A DNA stretch of 64,000 nucleotides from an uncultured Trueperaceae bacterium (GCA_963815215.1 CAWFFU010000003.1:1056001-1120000); one strand, 5' to 3'. Numbered from the stretch's first letter, positions 23,300 through 35,427 are shown. A program made the numbers and translations. Notes: generated by a model not told the origin, from the sequence alone.

Positions 23300-24598
23300 T
23301 CAGCCCTCCAGGGCCATCAGGAACGGCTCCTCGATGGCGGTGCAGATCCAGCGCAGGAACCGCGCTGCGGCGGCGCCGTCGATGAGCCGGTGGTCGTAGG
23401 TGACCGACAGCGGCATCATCAGGCGGGCGTCGAACTGCCCGCTGGCCTTGTTGTACACCGGCTCGTGGGCGGACCGGGAGACCCCCAGGATGGCCACCTC
23501 CGGCGGGTTGACGATCGGCGTGAAGCCGGTACCGCCGATGCCGCCGAGGTTCGAGACGCTGAAGTTGCCGCCCTGCATGTCGTCCGGCGTGAGCTTGCGG
23601 TTGCGCGCCTTCTCGGCGAGCACGCCCAGCTCGCCGGCGAGCTCGAGCACGTTCTTGTTGTCGGCGTTCTTGATGACGGGCACCAGCAGGCCGGCCTCGG
23701 TGTCCACCGCCACGCCCACGTTGATGTAGTGCTTGTAGACGATCTCCTGGCTGTTCGTGTCGATGCTGGCGTTGAAGTCGGGGAAGCGCTTGAGCGCAGC
23801 CGCGACGACCTTGAGCAGCATGGCTGTCGGCGTCAGCTTGGCGCCCATGGCCTCCGCCTGAGGCTTGTAGCGCTGGCGCAGACGCTCGAACTCGGTGCTA
23901 TCGGCCTTGTCGAACTGCGTGACCATCGGAACGGTCGACCAGGCTCCGGCCATGGTCCGCACCGTGGCCTTGCGGATCCCGCTCATCGCCTTGCGCTCGA
24001 CCTCGCCCCATCGACCGAAATCGGGCAGCTGGAGCGGCGCGGGGCCCGCCGCGGGGGCGGAGGCACCGCCCTCGGAGACCGACCGCACGTCGGTGGCGGA
24101 GATGCGCCCGAGGATCCCGCTCCCCTGCACCTGGTGGATGTCCACCCCGAGCTCGCGCGCGAGGCGCCGCACCGACGGGGCCGCAGGCACCAGGCCGGTC
24201 CCGCCGGCCGGGGCGGCCGCAGGACGCGGCGTGCTCTGGCGCTTCGTCGGTTGGGGTGCCGGCGGCTCGGACGGTACCGCGCTCTCCTCCGCCCCGTCCG
24301 TGGCGGTCTCCCGGGGGGGCGCCGCGCTGGGAGCTTCGGCCTCCGCCGCGCTCACCGCGCCGGCGGCATCGAGCGTGACGATCACCTGACCGATCTTCGC
24401 CTCCTGGTTCTCCTGGACGTCGATCGAGCGCACGATCCCGTCCGCGGACGAGGGCACCTCGACCACGGCCTTGTCGGTCTCCAGCTCGATCAGCGGCTGA
24501 TCCCGCTTGACCTCGTCGCCGACGCTGACCAACACACCTACGACGGTGCCGGACTCGATGCCTTCTCCCACCTCGGGCAGTCTGACTTCCGTTGCCAC
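23300..24598 (-). CDS. aceF: Pyruvate dehydrogenase E2 (dihydrolipoamide acetyltransferase), single lipoyl domain
   Basis: ETDKA lipoyl motif, [10 protein letters not shown]3-binding domain, DHRLIDG. Confidence 0.95.
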   Translation of the reverse strand: MATEVRLPEVGEGIESGTVVGVLVSVGDEVKRDQPLIELETDKAVVEVPSSADGIVRSIDVQENQEAKIGQVIVTLDAAGAVSAAEAEAPSAAPPRETATDGAEESAVPSEPPAPQPTKRQSTPRPAAAPAGGTGLVPAAPSVRRLARELGVDIHQVQGSGILGRISATDVRSVSEGGASAPAAGPAPLQLPDFGRWGEVERKAMSGIRKATVRTMAGAWSTVPMVTQFDKADSTEFERLRQRYKPQAEAMGAKLTPTAMLLKVVAAALKRFPDFNASIDTNSQEIVYKHYINVGVAVDTEAGLLVPVIKNADNKNVLELAGELGVLAEKARNRKLTPDDMQGGNFSVSNLGGIGGTGFTPIVNPPEVAILGVSRSAHEPVYNKASGQFDARLMMPLSVTYDHRLIDGAAAARFLRWICTAIEEPFLMALEG

Positions 24599-24619
24599 GC
24601 GCGCTTCCTTTCCAGATCC

Positions 24620-27346
24620 TCAGTAGACGAAGGGGTTCGGCTTGTCCGGATCGATGCCCAGCTCCCGACGCGCCTCCACGACCGCGGAAGGCTCGAGCGA
24701 GCCCTCCTGGGCCAGCGCCTGGAGCGTCGCCAGGACGATGTGCTTGGCATCGACCTCGAAGAAGTCGCGGAGCTCTTCACGGGCCTCGCTGCGCCCGAAC
24801 CCGTCGGTCCCGAGCGCAACGATGCCCTTCGGAACGTGACGCGCGAGCGCATCGGGCAGGATCTTCATGTAGTCGGAGGCGGCAACCAGCACGCCCTTGG
24901 CGTCCCGGAGCTGGCGCGCAACGAACGATTCGAGCGGCTCCTCGTCCGGGTGGAGCCGGTTGTGACGTTCCACCTCGAGGGCCTCGACGTGCAGCGCCTT
25001 GTACGAAGTGACGCTCCACACGTCGGTGGCGACCTTGTAGTCCTCCTCCAGGATGCGCGCCGCCTCGAGGGCCTCGTTCATGATCGAGCCGCTGCCCAGG
25101 AGTTGCGCGTGCAGCTTGCTGCGCTTGCGACCTGCCGGGCGGAAGAGGTAGAGCCCCTTGATGACGCCCTCCTCCAGCGCCTCACGGCTCAGGTGCTCGG
25201 GGGCTGCGGGCTGGGCGTAGTTCTCGTTGCCGACCGTGAGGTAGTAGAAGACATCGTCCTGCTCCTGGTACATCCGGCGCAGCCCCTCACGAACGAGGAT
25301 GGCGATCTCGTAGGCGAAGCTCGGGTCGTAGGCCAGCAGGTTGGGCACGGGGTAGGCGAGTACGTGAGAGTGCCCGTCCTGGTGCTGCAGGCCCTCGCCT
25401 GCGAGGGTGGTGCGCCCGGCCGTTCCGCCGATCAGGAACCCGCGCGCCCGGCTGTCGCCGGCGGCCCAGATCATGTCGCCGATGCGCTGGAAGCCGAACA
25501 TCGAGTAGTAGATGAAGAAGGGGACGGCGTTGACGCCGTAGTTCGCGTAGGCGGTCCCGGCGGCCAGGAACGACGCCATCGAGCCGGCCTCGGTGATGCC
25601 CTCCTCGAGGATCTGGCCGTCCCGCGACTCCTTGTAGTACAGCAGGTTCTCCCGGTCGACCGGCTCGTAGAGCTGACCGACGCTGGAATAGATGCCGATC
25701 TGCCGGAACAGCGCCTCCATGCCGAAGGTGCGCGCCTCGTCGGGCACGATCGGCACCACCAGCTTGCCCCAGGCCTCGTCGCGCAGCAGCTTGCGCAGGA
25801 TACTGACGAAGGCCATGGTGGTGGAGACCTCACGGCCATCGGTGCCCTGCATGAACTCTTCGAAGGCGTCGGCGGGAGGCGGGTCGAGAGGCTCGGACTT
25901 CGGCGAGCGGGCGGGCAGGAAGCCTCCCAGCTCCTCGCGACGCTCTAGCAGGTACCTCAGCTCGGGGCTATCCTCCTCGGGCCGGAAGAACGGGTACTGC
26001 GTGATCTCCTCGTCGGTGACCGGCAGCTCGAAGCGGTCGCGGAAGGCCTTCATCTGGTCCACGTCGAGTTTCTTCTGCTGGTGCGTGACGTTCTGCGCCT
26101 CGCCGGCCTCACCCATGCCGTAGCCCTTGACGGTCCGGAACAGGATGGCGGTAGGCGACCCCTCATGCTTCACCGCCCGCTGGAACGCGGCGTAGATCTT
26201 CACGGGATCGTGGCCGCCACGGTTGAGCTGCGCGATGTCGGCGTCGGTCCAGTCCTCGATGAGCTTCTTGAGCTCGGGGGTGTTGAAGAACCGGTCGCGA
26301 AGCTCCGGCGCTCCGAACGCCGCATAACGCTGCGACTCGCCGTCGACCATCTCCTCGAAGCGCCGGGCCAACGTGCCGTCGTGGTCGCGCGCCAGCAGCT
26401 CGTCCCACTTGCTGCCCCACGCCACCTTGATGACGTTCCAGCCCGCGCCCCGGAAGATGCCCTCGAGCTCCTGGATGATCTTGCCGTTGCCGTACACCGG
26501 GCCGTCGAGCCGCTGCAGGTTGCAGTTCACGACCCAGATGAGGTTGTCGAGCTTGTTGCGCGCCGCGATGCGGATCGCGCCCAGCGTCTCCACCTCGTCG
26601 GTCTCGCCGTCTCCGACGAAGGCCCAGACGCGTCCGTTGCCGCCGGGAAGCAGCCCGCGGTCCTCGAGATAGCGCCGGAAGCGCGCCTGGTAGATCGACG
26701 CCAGCGGGCCGATCCCCATCGACACGGTCGGGAAGGACCAGTAGTCGGGCATCAGCCACGGGTGCGGATAGGAGGAGAGGCCCGGCTCGTCCTGGAGTTC
26801 GCGACGGAAGTTGCGCATCGCCTCCACCGGGAAGCGCCCCTCCAGGAAGGAGCGCGCGTAGAAGCCCGGACTGGCGTGGCCCTGGAAGTAGACCAGGTCG
26901 GCGTCGGCGCCGGCCTTCGGACCGTGGAAGAAGTGGTTGAACCCCACCTCGTACAGGGTCGCGGCGGACGCGTAGGTGGCGATGTGCCCGCCGATGCCCG
27001 CCGAGACCTTGTTGGCCCGGACCACCATGGCCATGGCGTTCCAGCGGATCAGGTTGGTGATCCGCTCCTCGATCTCGAGATCGCCCGGATACTCCGGTTG
27101 CTCGTCCACGCTGATGGTGTTGATGTAGGGGGTGGTCGCGTTGTATGGGATCGGCACGCCGTGCTTGTAGGCGTGATGCTCCAGCATCTGCAGGATGTCC
27201 TTCACGCGATCGGCGCCGCCGCTGGCCAGCACGTAGTCGAGCGACTCGAGCCACTCACGCAGCTCTGTCTCGTTGAGCCGGCGTAGCTCGTCGGGCTCGA
27301 GCTGGGACCGATCGAGGTTGAGGAGTTCGTCCAGTACGTCCGTCAT
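24620..27346 (-). CDS. aceE: Pyruvate dehydrogenase E1, homodimeric type
   Basis: [43 protein letters not shown]. Confidence 0.97.
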   Translation of the reverse strand: MTDVLDELLNLDRSQLEPDELRRLNETELREWLESLDYVLASGGADRVKDILQMLEHHAYKHGVPIPYNATTPYINTISVDEQPEYPGDLEIEERITNLIRWNAMAMVVRANKVSAGIGGHIATYASAATLYEVGFNHFFHGPKAGADADLVYFQGHASPGFYARSFLEGRFPVEAMRNFRRELQDEPGLSSYPHPWLMPDYWSFPTVSMGIGPLASIYQARFRRYLEDRGLLPGGNGRVWAFVGDGETDEVETLGAIRIAARNKLDNLIWVVNCNLQRLDGPVYGNGKIIQELEGIFRGAGWNVIKVAWGSKWDELLARDHDGTLARRFEEMVDGESQRYAAFGAPELRDRFFNTPELKKLIEDWTDADIAQLNRGGHDPVKIYAAFQRAVKHEGSPTAILFRTVKGYGMGEAGEAQNVTHQQKKLDVDQMKAFRDRFELPVTDEEITQYPFFRPEEDSPELRYLLERREELGGFLPARSPKSEPLDPPPADAFEEFMQGTDGREVSTTMAFVSILRKLLRDEAWGKLVVPIVPDEARTFGMEALFRQIGIYSSVGQLYEPVDRENLLYYKESRDGQILEEGITEAGSMASFLAAGTAYANYGVNAVPFFIYYSMFGFQRIGDMIWAAGDSRARGFLIGGTAGRTTLAGEGLQHQDGHSHVLAYPVPNLLAYDPSFAYEIAILVREGLRRMYQEQDDVFYYLTVGNENYAQPAAPEHLSREALEEGVIKGLYLFRPAGRKRSKLHAQLLGSGSIMNEALEAARILEEDYKVATDVWSVTSYKALHVEALEVERHNRLHPDEEPLESFVARQLRDAKGVLVAASDYMKILPDALARHVPKGIVALGTDGFGRSEAREELRDFFEVDAKHIVLATLQALAQEGSLEPSAVVEARRELGIDPDKPNPFVY

Positions 27347-27535
27347 CGTCGTGGTGTCCTCTCTCGAGGTGGCGCCTTGCGCGTGGCGCCGCACTGCAGC
27401 TTGCGGTGCAATCGAGGGCCGGCTCGTTGGCCGGCGGCTTCGGGCCCCTATTGTACGCCCCAGCCACACCGCCGCCCGAAGGGGCAGGCTACGCCGCCAT
27501 AGGCCGTCGGCACCGGACCGCCTACGCCACCGAGC

Positions 27536-28249
27536 TCACGGAAGCCGCCGGAGGATGCCGCGCACCACCTGCTTGGCACGTGCCGCGGCGAGCGGCGTGA
27601 ACGTTCGGAAGTCCACCTCGGCATCGTGATCGGCGGTGTCGCTGATGCTCCTGATGATGACGAAGGGAACGCCCCACTTCGCACACACCTGGGCCGTAGC
27701 GGCACCTTCCATCTCGGCGCAGTCCGCCCCGAACGTCTCGCGCAACACCGCGACGCGCGCCGGATCGGCGACGAAGACGTCGCCCGACGCCACCCGCCCC
27801 AGCACCGCTGCGACCCCCTCGAGCTCGCCGGCGGAGGCGAGGGCCAACTCCGCCAGACGGGCGTCCGCCGGCCAGCTCCACGCCTCCCCCGGCACCTCGC
27901 CCAGCCGGTAGCCCAGAGCACGCACGTCCAGATCGTGCTGCACGGCATCCCTCGAGATCACCAGGTCGCCGACATGGAGGCCGGGCCGCACGGCCCCGGC
28001 AACTCCCGTGAAGAGCACCCGCGCCGCCCCGAGCGTGAGCACCGCCTGCGTCAGCGCGGCCGCGTTGACCTTACCGACGCCGCAGCGCGCCAGCGCCACG
28101 GCCCGGCCCTCGAGGCGCCCGAAGTGGACGGCGAAGGGGCCGAGCCGGCCTTCGCGCCGCTCCTCGAGGTCGGCGAGCAGCGCCTCGAGCTCTTCGTCCA
28201 TGGCGCCGATGACGGCGGTGACCCTCTCGGCATGAGCACGGTCCATCAT
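27536..28249 (-). CDS. mtnN: 5'-methylthioadenosine/S-adenosylhomocysteine nucleosidase
   Basis: IGAMDEE, GVGKVNAA, EMEGAA, RSISD. Confidence 0.94.
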   Translation of the reverse strand: MMDRAHAERVTAVIGAMDEELEALLADLEERREGRLGPFAVHFGRLEGRAVALARCGVGKVNAAALTQAVLTLGAARVLFTGVAGAVRPGLHVGDLVISRDAVQHDLDVRALGYRLGEVPGEAWSWPADARLAELALASAGELEGVAAVLGRVASGDVFVADPARVAVLRETFGADCAEMEGAATAQVCAKWGVPFVIIRSISDTADHDAEVDFRTFTPLAAARAKQVVRGILRRLP

Positions 28250-28256
28250 GGCTCGG

Positions 28257-28787
28257 CTACGCGGGGCTGTTGTAGAAGACCAGTCGGCCGAGGTAGGCGC
28301 CCGCCACCACGCCGGGCACCGCCAGGCCCATCATCAGCCAGTCCATGGTGAGTGCCGGCTCCACCAGCCGGGCGACCGACACACCCACCGCCAGGAGCAC
28401 CCCCGACACCAGCGTCATGAGCAGCGCCCGGCCGCCCCCGCGCCGCTCCAGGTAGAGCAAGGAGAAGTACCCGAAGAGCACGAAGAAGCCCGCCCCGGTG
28501 ACGCTGTTGAGCGTCGTCATGTCCTTGGCGGGAACGGCCGCCTGCAGCACGATGAAGAACACCGTCGCGATCATGAGCGCGCCGGAGAACCGCCCGGGCA
28601 GCCGCCTTCCGCGACCGGCCGAGGTCTTCGGGCTCGCGGCGGAGCTCTTCCCACCTTCCTTGCGTTGGGCGGTGCGGCCACGACGGACGTTCTGGATGCG
28701 AGCGCGGCGGGCGGCCCTCTTCCGAAGCTTCTCTTTCTGCGCCTTCTTGTCCTGCTTGGCCTGCTCGCGCCGGATCTGTCTATTCAT
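28257..28787 (-). CDS. Hypothetical membrane protein with basic N-terminus
   Basis: Lys/Arg-rich N-terminus followed by about four TM helices. Confidence 0.75.
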   Translation of the reverse strand: MNRQIRREQAKQDKKAQKEKLRKRAARRARIQNVRRGRTAQRKEGGKSSAASPKTSAGRGRRLPGRFSGALMIATVFFIVLQAAVPAKDMTTLNSVTGAGFFVLFGYFSLLYLERRGGGRALLMTLVSGVLLAVGVSVARLVEPALTMDWLMMGLAVPGVVAGAYLGRLVFYNSPA

Positions 28788-28873
28788 GGGGGACAGCATA
28801 GCCGTCCGCGGAGCTCCTCCCACGAGGTCGCGCCGACGTCCGGCTCGGGACCGTGCTAGCCTCAACTACCCGC

Positions 28874-30211
28874 ATGGACGACGCTCTCTTACGCACCATC
28901 GCCGAGCGCTTCGCGACACCCACCTACGTCTACGACCTCGCGCGTCTGCGGCACCAGCGCGAGAGCCTGCTTGCGGCCTTCCCCGGCGCCCGGCTGCTCT
29001 ACGCGGTCAAGGCCAATCCCAACGGAGCGGTGTTACGGGCCCTGGCCTCGCTCGGGGTGGGCGCCGAGGTGATCACCGTCGGCGAGCTCGAGCGCGCGGT
29101 TCGCGCCGGCATGGCGCCGGGCGACGTGCTGGTCGGCGGGCCGGCGCAGGACGCACGGCTGGTGCGGCGCGCGTCCGAGCTCGGCGTAGGCCTCGTCAGC
29201 CTCGATTCCGCCGGTCAGTGGCTGGGTTGGCAGGCGGCGAACGCGCCGGCGCCGCGCTTCCTGGTGCGGGTCAACCCGGGGCTGGACCCGGGCACGCACG
29301 AGCACCTGGCGACCGGCGCGGCGAGCTCCAAGTTCGGCCTCTCGCCCGCGGCCGCGCTGGCGCTCGCGCGCGCGGTCCATGCCGCCGGCAGGCTCGCCGG
29401 CTTCCACGTCCACGCCGGCTCGATGATCCGCGATGCCGGCGTCTACGACGCCATCCGGGAGGTTCTCGAGCCGCTCTACCGCGCCCTGCCGGGGCTCGAG
29501 CTGCTCGATCTAGGGGGGGGCTTCGCGGTGCCCGAGCCGCCGCTGGACGCGTTCGGCGAGCGCGCCACAGCGCTGGCCCGGTCGCTGGGAGCGCGACTAC
29601 TGCTCGAGCCAGGGCGCCACCTCGTGGCCGACGCCGGGACGCTCCTCACCCGGGTACTCCACGTCAAGCAGGACGGGCCCCGCCGGCACGTCATCGCGGA
29701 TGCCGGCATGGCCGACCTGCTCCGGCCCGCGCTCTACGGCGCCGAACACCCGATCCGCGTGGTGACGGCGGCGACCGAAGGACCCGCGGACGGCGCCGCG
29801 GTCAGCGGCGACCGGGGCGAGCTGCAGGCGGACGGCCCCGTCCTCAGCGACCTGGACGGTCCGTTGTGCGAGAACGCGGACCGGCTGGGCCGCGATCGAC
29901 GCCTGCCCGGCGTCCGCCCCGGTGCCCTGCTCGCGGTGGAGCTGGTGGGCGCGTACGGCTTCGCCATGGCCTCGAACTACGCCTCCAGCCTGCGTCCCGC
30001 CGAGGTCGTCGTCGACGCCGCCGGCGACGGTGCCGGCGATGCGGCCGGCGGCGAGCCCGGCGAGGCGCCCGGCGGTCCCCGCGTGCGGCTCGCGCGGCGC
30101 CGCGAGCGTCCAGACGATCTGTGGCGCCTGGAGGACGAGGCGGGCTCCTCCGAGGCGGGGTCCTCCGAGGCGGGCGATCCGGACGCAGGCGATCGTGCCG
30201 CACGGGCCTGA
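28874..30211 (+). CDS. lysA: Diaminopimelate decarboxylase-like PLP enzyme (group IV)
   Basis: YAVKAN, SKFG, HVHAGS, DLGGG, EPGR, RPALY, GPLCENAD, GAYG. Confidence 0.85.
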   Translation: MDDALLRTIAERFATPTYVYDLARLRHQRESLLAAFPGARLLYAVKANPNGAVLRALASLGVGAEVITVGELERAVRAGMAPGDVLVGGPAQDARLVRRASELGVGLVSLDSAGQWLGWQAANAPAPRFLVRVNPGLDPGTHEHLATGAASSKFGLSPAAALALARAVHAAGRLAGFHVHAGSMIRDAGVYDAIREVLEPLYRALPGLELLDLGGGFAVPEPPLDAFGERATALARSLGARLLLEPGRHLVADAGTLLTRVLHVKQDGPRRHVIADAGMADLLRPALYGAEHPIRVVTAATEGPADGAAVSGDRGELQADGPVLSDLDGPLCENADRLGRDRRLPGVRPGALLAVELVGAYGFAMASNYASSLRPAEVVVDAAGDGAGDAAGGEPGEAPGGPRVRLARRRERPDDLWRLEDEAGSSEAGSSEAGDPDAGDRAARA

Positions 30212-30368
30212 GCCGGCCGGACCGCCGCTGAGCGGCGGGCGCCGGCGCCGGCTGCCCGAACGCAGCGCCCTGCCGGGCCCGGGCCGCGCCGGTAGCACCC
30301 GCGCCGGCAGGGTTCGCGCTGCCTCGCGCGCCACCAAGGGTGCGGCGTCGCGGTTGCTAGACTGACGC

Positions 30369-31805
30369 ATGGAACCGCTGCAGAACGTCGAACGTCGCTT
30401 CCTGACCGACCGCTGGCAGGACTCCGGCGAGACCTACACCATCACCAATCCGGCCACCGGAGAGGCCGTGGCCGAGGTCGCCGACTGCGGCGCCGAGGAG
30501 GGCCGCGCCGCTGCGCAGGTCGCCTGGGACGCCTACCAGAGCTGGCGGCAGGTGAGCGCCTTCGAGCGCTCCGACGTGCTCATGCGCTGGCATGACGCCA
30601 TGATGGCCGACCAGGAACGGCTGGCGCGAACCATGAGCCAGGAGATGGGTAAGCCGCTCAGGGAGGCGCGTGGCGAGGTCGCCTATGCCGCCGGCTTCGT
30701 GCGCTGGTACGCTGAGGAAGCCAAGCGTGTCTACGGCGAGACGTTCCCCTCACATGTCGCCAACAAACGATTGATGGCGATCCGTCAGCCGGTCGGGCCG
30801 GTGTTCGGGATCACGCCCTGGAACTTCCCGCTGGCGATGGTGACCCGCAAGGCGGCGCCGGCGCTCGCGGCGGGTTGCACCTTCGTGCTCAAGCCCGCCG
30901 AGCAGACACCGCTTTCGGCGCTGCTGCTGGGCGAGCTGTGGGAGCGAGCGGGCGGTCCAGCCGGCACCCTGCAGGTACTCCCCGCGCTCGACCCGGTGCC
31001 GGTCTCCGACGCGCTGATGGAGGACCCGCGCATCCGCAAGCTGACCTTCACAGGCTCCACCGAGGTCGGGCGCATCCTCTACGGCAAGTCCGCACGGACT
31101 ATCAAGAAGCTCTCGCTGGAGCTCGGCGGCCACGCGCCCTACCTGGTGTTCGACGACGCCGACCTGGAGCGTGCCGTAGAACAGGTGATCGCCTGCAAGT
31201 ACCGCAATGCCGGCCAGACCTGCGTGTGCACCAACCGCATCTACGTGCACAAGGGCATCGCGGACGCGTTCGTGGAACGCTACGTGGCGGCCACGAACGA
31301 GCTGGTGGTAGGCGACCCCCTGCAGGACGCCACCGACATCGGTCCTCTGGTCGACGCCGCCGGCCTCGACAAGGTGCAGCAGCACGTTCAGGACGCACTC
31401 GCCAAGGGCGCCACGGTCGCCGCCGGCGGACGCGCGCTGCAGGGCCTGTACTTCGCACCCACCGTGCTCCTCGGCGTCACCGCCGACATGCAACTCATGC
31501 AGGAAGAGACGTTCGGTCCGGTCAGCCCCATCCTCACGTTCGAGCGCGACGAGGAAGCGGTGCGCGCGGCCAACGACACCCCCTACGGTCTGGCCGCCTA
31601 CATCTACACCAACGACCTGTCCCGCGCCTTCCGGGTCTCCGAAGCCCTCGAGTACGGCATCGTCGGTGTCAACGACGGGGTGCCCAGCGTTCCCTACGCG
31701 CCCTTCGGCGGCGTCAAGCAGTCCGGCCTGGGCCGCGAGGGCGGCCCGTGGGGCATCGAGGAGTACCTCGAGACCAAATTCATCTCCCTGGCGCTACCCC
31801 GCTGA
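30369..31805 (+). CDS. gabD: NAD(P)-dependent succinate-semialdehyde dehydrogenase
   Basis: ITPWNFP, FTGSTEVG, LELGG, AGQTCVC, EETFGP. Confidence 0.9.
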   Translation: MEPLQNVERRFLTDRWQDSGETYTITNPATGEAVAEVADCGAEEGRAAAQVAWDAYQSWRQVSAFERSDVLMRWHDAMMADQERLARTMSQEMGKPLREARGEVAYAAGFVRWYAEEAKRVYGETFPSHVANKRLMAIRQPVGPVFGITPWNFPLAMVTRKAAPALAAGCTFVLKPAEQTPLSALLLGELWERAGGPAGTLQVLPALDPVPVSDALMEDPRIRKLTFTGSTEVGRILYGKSARTIKKLSLELGGHAPYLVFDDADLERAVEQVIACKYRNAGQTCVCTNRIYVHKGIADAFVERYVAATNELVVGDPLQDATDIGPLVDAAGLDKVQQHVQDALAKGATVAAGGRALQGLYFAPTVLLGVTADMQLMQEETFGPVSPILTFERDEEAVRAANDTPYGLAAYIYTNDLSRAFRVSEALEYGIVGVNDGVPSVPYAPFGGVKQSGLGREGGPWGIEEYLETKFISLALPR

Positions 31806-31868
31806 CCGGCCCACGATCGTGGCGGCCACCGCATTGCCAGTGGCGCGCCTCGCGCGGTAGAAGGGGAC

Positions 31869-32282
31869 GTGAGCCGATCGCCGTACCGACCCGGGTGCGA
31901 CGCCCCGACACCGGATCTGGGCGCACGTGAGGTGCTGACCCTGGTGCTGCGGGCGCTCGCCGCCAACGATTCACCGCGGACCGACCACGGCATCGGCGTG
32001 AGTTACGCCTTCGCTTCCGACCGCATGCGCGGCGGCATCGGCGACGAAGCCGCCTTCGGCCGAGCCTTGCACAACACCCTCAACGCACCGCTTCTGGGGC
32101 ACGACGCGGCGGAGGTCGAGAGTTTCGAGCGGCGCGGCGACGCGGCACGGGCCGAGATTCGCGTGACAGGCGGCGACGGCGCGGTCGCGCGCTTCACGGT
32201 GGCGCTGACCCTTGCGCGGCACGGCGTTCGCGCGAACTGCTGGCTCGTGAGCGGGCTGGCGCGCGCCGGCGTCGACCTCTAG
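31869..32282 (+). CDS. DUF4864-like (NTF2-like) hypothetical protein
   Basis: LRALAAND.P..D.GI...YAFAS ... CWLV pattern. Confidence 0.6.
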   Translation: MSRSPYRPGCDAPTPDLGAREVLTLVLRALAANDSPRTDHGIGVSYAFASDRMRGGIGDEAAFGRALHNTLNAPLLGHDAAEVESFERRGDAARAEIRVTGGDGAVARFTVALTLARHGVRANCWLVSGLARAGVDL

Positions 32283-32304
32283 CGCTCGTGCCCGCCCCGC
32301 CCCA

Positions 32305-32805
32305 TCAGCCCACGTGCAGGTCGATCCGCAACGGTTGGCTCGTCTTCTGGTAGGTCAGCGCGGCACCGAGGTGGTAGGGGCCCGAGACGGCTCCCTGCTT
32401 CGCGGTGATCGCCAACAGCACCGTCAGCGTGTAGGTCTGGGTGCTCTTGGAGAAGCTCGTCGCTCCCGCCACGGTGGCGCGCGTGGCCTGCACCTGCACC
32501 AGCTCCACCTTCCACCCGGCGGGCGCGCGTACCTGATCCAGTGAGAACTTCGCGGTCATGACCGACGAGGCCGCATTGTAGCCGCTGGGGAACCATAGCC
32601 CCCCCGTCAGCTTGGTGGGGTCGATGCCGAAGTCATCGAAGGTGAAGTGCGTCTCCACGTACACGGTGCCGCCCGGCTGCGCCACGATCGCGGAGCTGTG
32701 GATCGGGTAGGGGGCGCCTGGCGAGGTTCCCGTCGCCGCCGGCGCGCAACCCGCGAGCACGAGGGCCACCGCCAGCAACGGGGCGAGTCGACGGAGGACA
32801 GTCAT
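32305..32805 (-). CDS. Hypothetical lipoprotein
   Basis: Lipobox LAGC after a hydrophobic stretch; beta-rich body. Confidence 0.75.
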   Translation of the reverse strand: MTVLRRLAPLLAVALVLAGCAPAATGTSPGAPYPIHSSAIVAQPGGTVYVETHFTFDDFGIDPTKLTGGLWFPSGYNAASSVMTAKFSLDQVRAPAGWKVELVQVQATRATVAGATSFSKSTQTYTLTVLLAITAKQGAVSGPYHLGAALTYQKTSQPLRIDLHVG

Positions 32806-32828
32806 GGTGCCAACGCTAGCAAATCGGC

Positions 32829-33725
32829 TCATGAGAGTCGCTCCTGCCGCCGCACCGACGCGCGCCTCATGCTCGCGGCGAGGCTCAACGCCAGGATCCC
32901 GGCGAGCACCAGGGCGACCCCTCCCGCCTGCACCCAGGAGAGCCGCTCGGCGAACAGCAGCCGGCCCCAGATCACGGTCAACATCGGTTGCGCCAGCAGC
33001 GTCACCGAGGTCTCGAGCGCGGGGAGGCGGGGCAGAGCGGTGAGGATCAGGAGCCAACCCACCACCTGCGGCCCCAACGCCAGCAGGATCAACCAGCCGT
33101 GGGCCGGCCACGTGAAGGCCAGCGAGAAGCCGGGGTCGGTGAGCAGGCCCGATGCGAGGGTCGCCAACGACGCCCCCAGCGAGGCATCGAAGAGCACCCC
33201 GGCCGGGAGTCCGCGCCCGCGGTTCAGGGATCGGAACAGCAGCAGGAACGCCGCGTAGACGCCGGCGTTGGCGAGCCCCCAGAGAGCGCCGATCACCGGC
33301 GAACGACCGTAGGCGCTCTCCAACCCCAGTCCCGACGTCAGGACGACGCCGGCGAACACCAGAGGCACCGCCACCGCGGCGGTCCCGCTGGGACGCTCGC
33401 CGAACAGCAGCCAGGCAGCCACGCCGACGAACACGACCTGCGTGTTGCTGAGCACCGTGGCGGCTCCCGCCCCGATGTCGGCGATGGAGTAGTTCCAGAA
33501 CACGAACGCCAGGCCCATGAGCGTCCCCGCCGCCATCGTGGCCACGCGAAGTGCGGGTCCACGCGGATCGTGGCGCCTGGAGGCCAGCGCCAACACCAAC
33601 AGGACCGGCAGGGCATATGCCGGCCGGAAGAAGGCCGTCGTCGACGGCGAAAGGTCGGCGAGACGCACCAGGATGGCGGAGAAGGAGATGGTGACGGCGC
33701 CTAACAGCGCGAGGAGGCGGACCAT
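32829..33725 (-). CDS. DMT/EamA family transporter
   Basis: About 10 TM helices with a duplicated EamA pattern (LFGER, LFAER). Confidence 0.9.
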   Translation of the reverse strand: MVRLLALLGAVTISFSAILVRLADLSPSTTAFFRPAYALPVLLVLALASRRHDPRGPALRVATMAAGTLMGLAFVFWNYSIADIGAGAATVLSNTQVVFVGVAAWLLFGERPSGTAAVAVPLVFAGVVLTSGLGLESAYGRSPVIGALWGLANAGVYAAFLLLFRSLNRGRGLPAGVLFDASLGASLATLASGLLTDPGFSLAFTWPAHGWLILLALGPQVVGWLLILTALPRLPALETSVTLLAQPMLTVIWGRLLFAERLSWVQAGGVALVLAGILALSLAASMRRASVRRQERLS

Positions 33726-33829
33726 GAACTCGGCCCAGGATACCGTTGCCCGCCGCGCGCGCGCCGCACCGCGACGACGCGGTAGCGCAGACCATTCCCT
33801 TAGCCGCATGCGGCTCGTACAGTGGCGCC

Positions 33830-34792
33830 ATGTCCGAGGGACCGACGCTCCACGGTATCCATCACCTGACCGCGGTGACCGCCCGCGCCCGGGACAACCT
33901 GTCGTTCTACCGCGACACGCTGGGCATGCGCCTCGTGAAGAAGACGGTGAATCAGGACGACGTCCGTGCTTATCACCTCTTCTACGCCGACGGCCTGGGG
34001 TCGCCCGGGACCGACGTGACCTTCTTCGACTGGTCCATGGCCGCGCGGGAACGCCGCGGCACGCACAGCATCGCCCGCACCGGCCTGCGCGTGGCCGGTG
34101 GTGCCGACACGCTCGCCTGGTGGGCGACCCGCCTGCGTGCCGCCGGAGCCACGGTCGAGGAGCCGAGCGATCTCGACGGGCGCCCTACCCTCGCTTTCGA
34201 GGACTCCGAAGGCCAGCGCCTGGCCCTCGTCGACGACGGCGGCCTCGGGGACGCCCACCCCTGGGGGGCGAGCCCCGTGCCGAGCGAGCGGCAGATCCGG
34301 GGACTGGGCCCCGTCACCCTCAGCGTCCCCGATCCTCGCCCCACCGCGAGCGTGCTGGTGGAGGTGCTGGGGATGGAGCTCACGCGCAGTTACCGGCTCG
34401 GCAGCGGGCACGAGGTGCTGGTCGCCGCCATGGGAGACGGGGGGCCCGGCGCGGAGGTCCACCTGGCCGTGCAGCCCGACCTGCCGGCGGCGCGACCCGG
34501 GGCCGGCGGCGTCCATCACGTCGCCTTCCGCACCGCCGACGACGAGCAGCACCGCGCCTGGTTGGAGCGGCTCGATGCCCACCGCATCCCCAATAGCGGG
34601 CGAGTGGACCGCTTCTACTTCCGGAGCCTGTACTTTCGCGAGCCGAACGGCATCCTCTTCGAGATCGCCACCGACGGCCCCGGCTTCGACGTCGACGAGC
34701 CGCTCGCCAGCCTCGGGGAGGGTCTCGCGCTGCCGCCGTTCCTGGAGCCGCGCCGCGCCGACATCGAAGCGCACCTGAGGCCGCTGGCGTGA
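33830..34792 (+). CDS. Ring-cleaving dioxygenase (MhqO/MhqA-like)
   Basis: [49 protein letters not shown]. Confidence 0.93.
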   Translation: MSEGPTLHGIHHLTAVTARARDNLSFYRDTLGMRLVKKTVNQDDVRAYHLFYADGLGSPGTDVTFFDWSMAARERRGTHSIARTGLRVAGGADTLAWWATRLRAAGATVEEPSDLDGRPTLAFEDSEGQRLALVDDGGLGDAHPWGASPVPSERQIRGLGPVTLSVPDPRPTASVLVEVLGMELTRSYRLGSGHEVLVAAMGDGGPGAEVHLAVQPDLPAARPGAGGVHHVAFRTADDEQHRAWLERLDAHRIPNSGRVDRFYFRSLYFREPNGILFEIATDGPGFDVDEPLASLGEGLALPPFLEPRRADIEAHLRPLA

Positions 34793-35427
34793 CGGTGGCC
34801 GACGATCGACCTCTCGCCGATTGGGTCCACACCGTGCACGCGCCGGCGCGCGGCCCAACGCGTGGCGTGCTGTTCCTGCTGCACGGCACCGGCGGCGACG
34901 AGACCAGCCTGCTGGAGCTCGGCCGTGCGGTGGCCCCCGGCCACCTCCTCGTGGGCGTGCGGGGGCGCTCGAACGAGGAGGGCGTCACGCGCTACTTCCG
35001 CCGGTTCGATGCGCTCCGCTACGACCAGGAGCATCTCGCATCGGAGGCCAGGGCCCTGAGCGCGTTCGTGCGGGCTGCCGCTGCGCGATATGCCGGCGCG
35101 GGGTGGCGGCGCGCGGCGCTAGGCTACTCCAACGGCGCCAACGTCGCCCTGGCGGCCCAGCTCCTCGATCCTGCCACCTTCGGTGCGGTCGCGCTGCTAC
35201 GGGCTGTGCAGCCGTTCGAGCGCCCGCCGACGCCCTCGCTCCAAGGCACCAAGGTGCTACTGCTGCTCGGCGGGAACGACCCCTACCTGCCTGCCGGCCG
35301 CGCGCTTCCCTCGCTGCTGGAGGCGGCCGGCGCCACCGTGGAGGCGGACGAGGTCGAGGCCGGCCACGACCTCACGAAGGAAGATGTGGCACGCCTGGCG
35401 GCCTGGTTCGCCGCGCTCGAGACCTGA
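34789..35427 (+). CDS. Alpha/beta hydrolase (MhqD-like carboxylesterase)
   Basis: LLHGTGG, GYSNGA, GH; coupled to the dioxygenase gene. Confidence 0.9.
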   Translation: MTVADDRPLADWVHTVHAPARGPTRGVLFLLHGTGGDETSLLELGRAVAPGHLLVGVRGRSNEEGVTRYFRRFDALRYDQEHLASEARALSAFVRAAAARYAGAGWRRAALGYSNGANVALAAQLLDPATFGAVALLRAVQPFERPPTPSLQGTKVLLLLGGNDPYLPAGRALPSLLEAAGATVEADEVEAGHDLTKEDVARLAAWFAALET

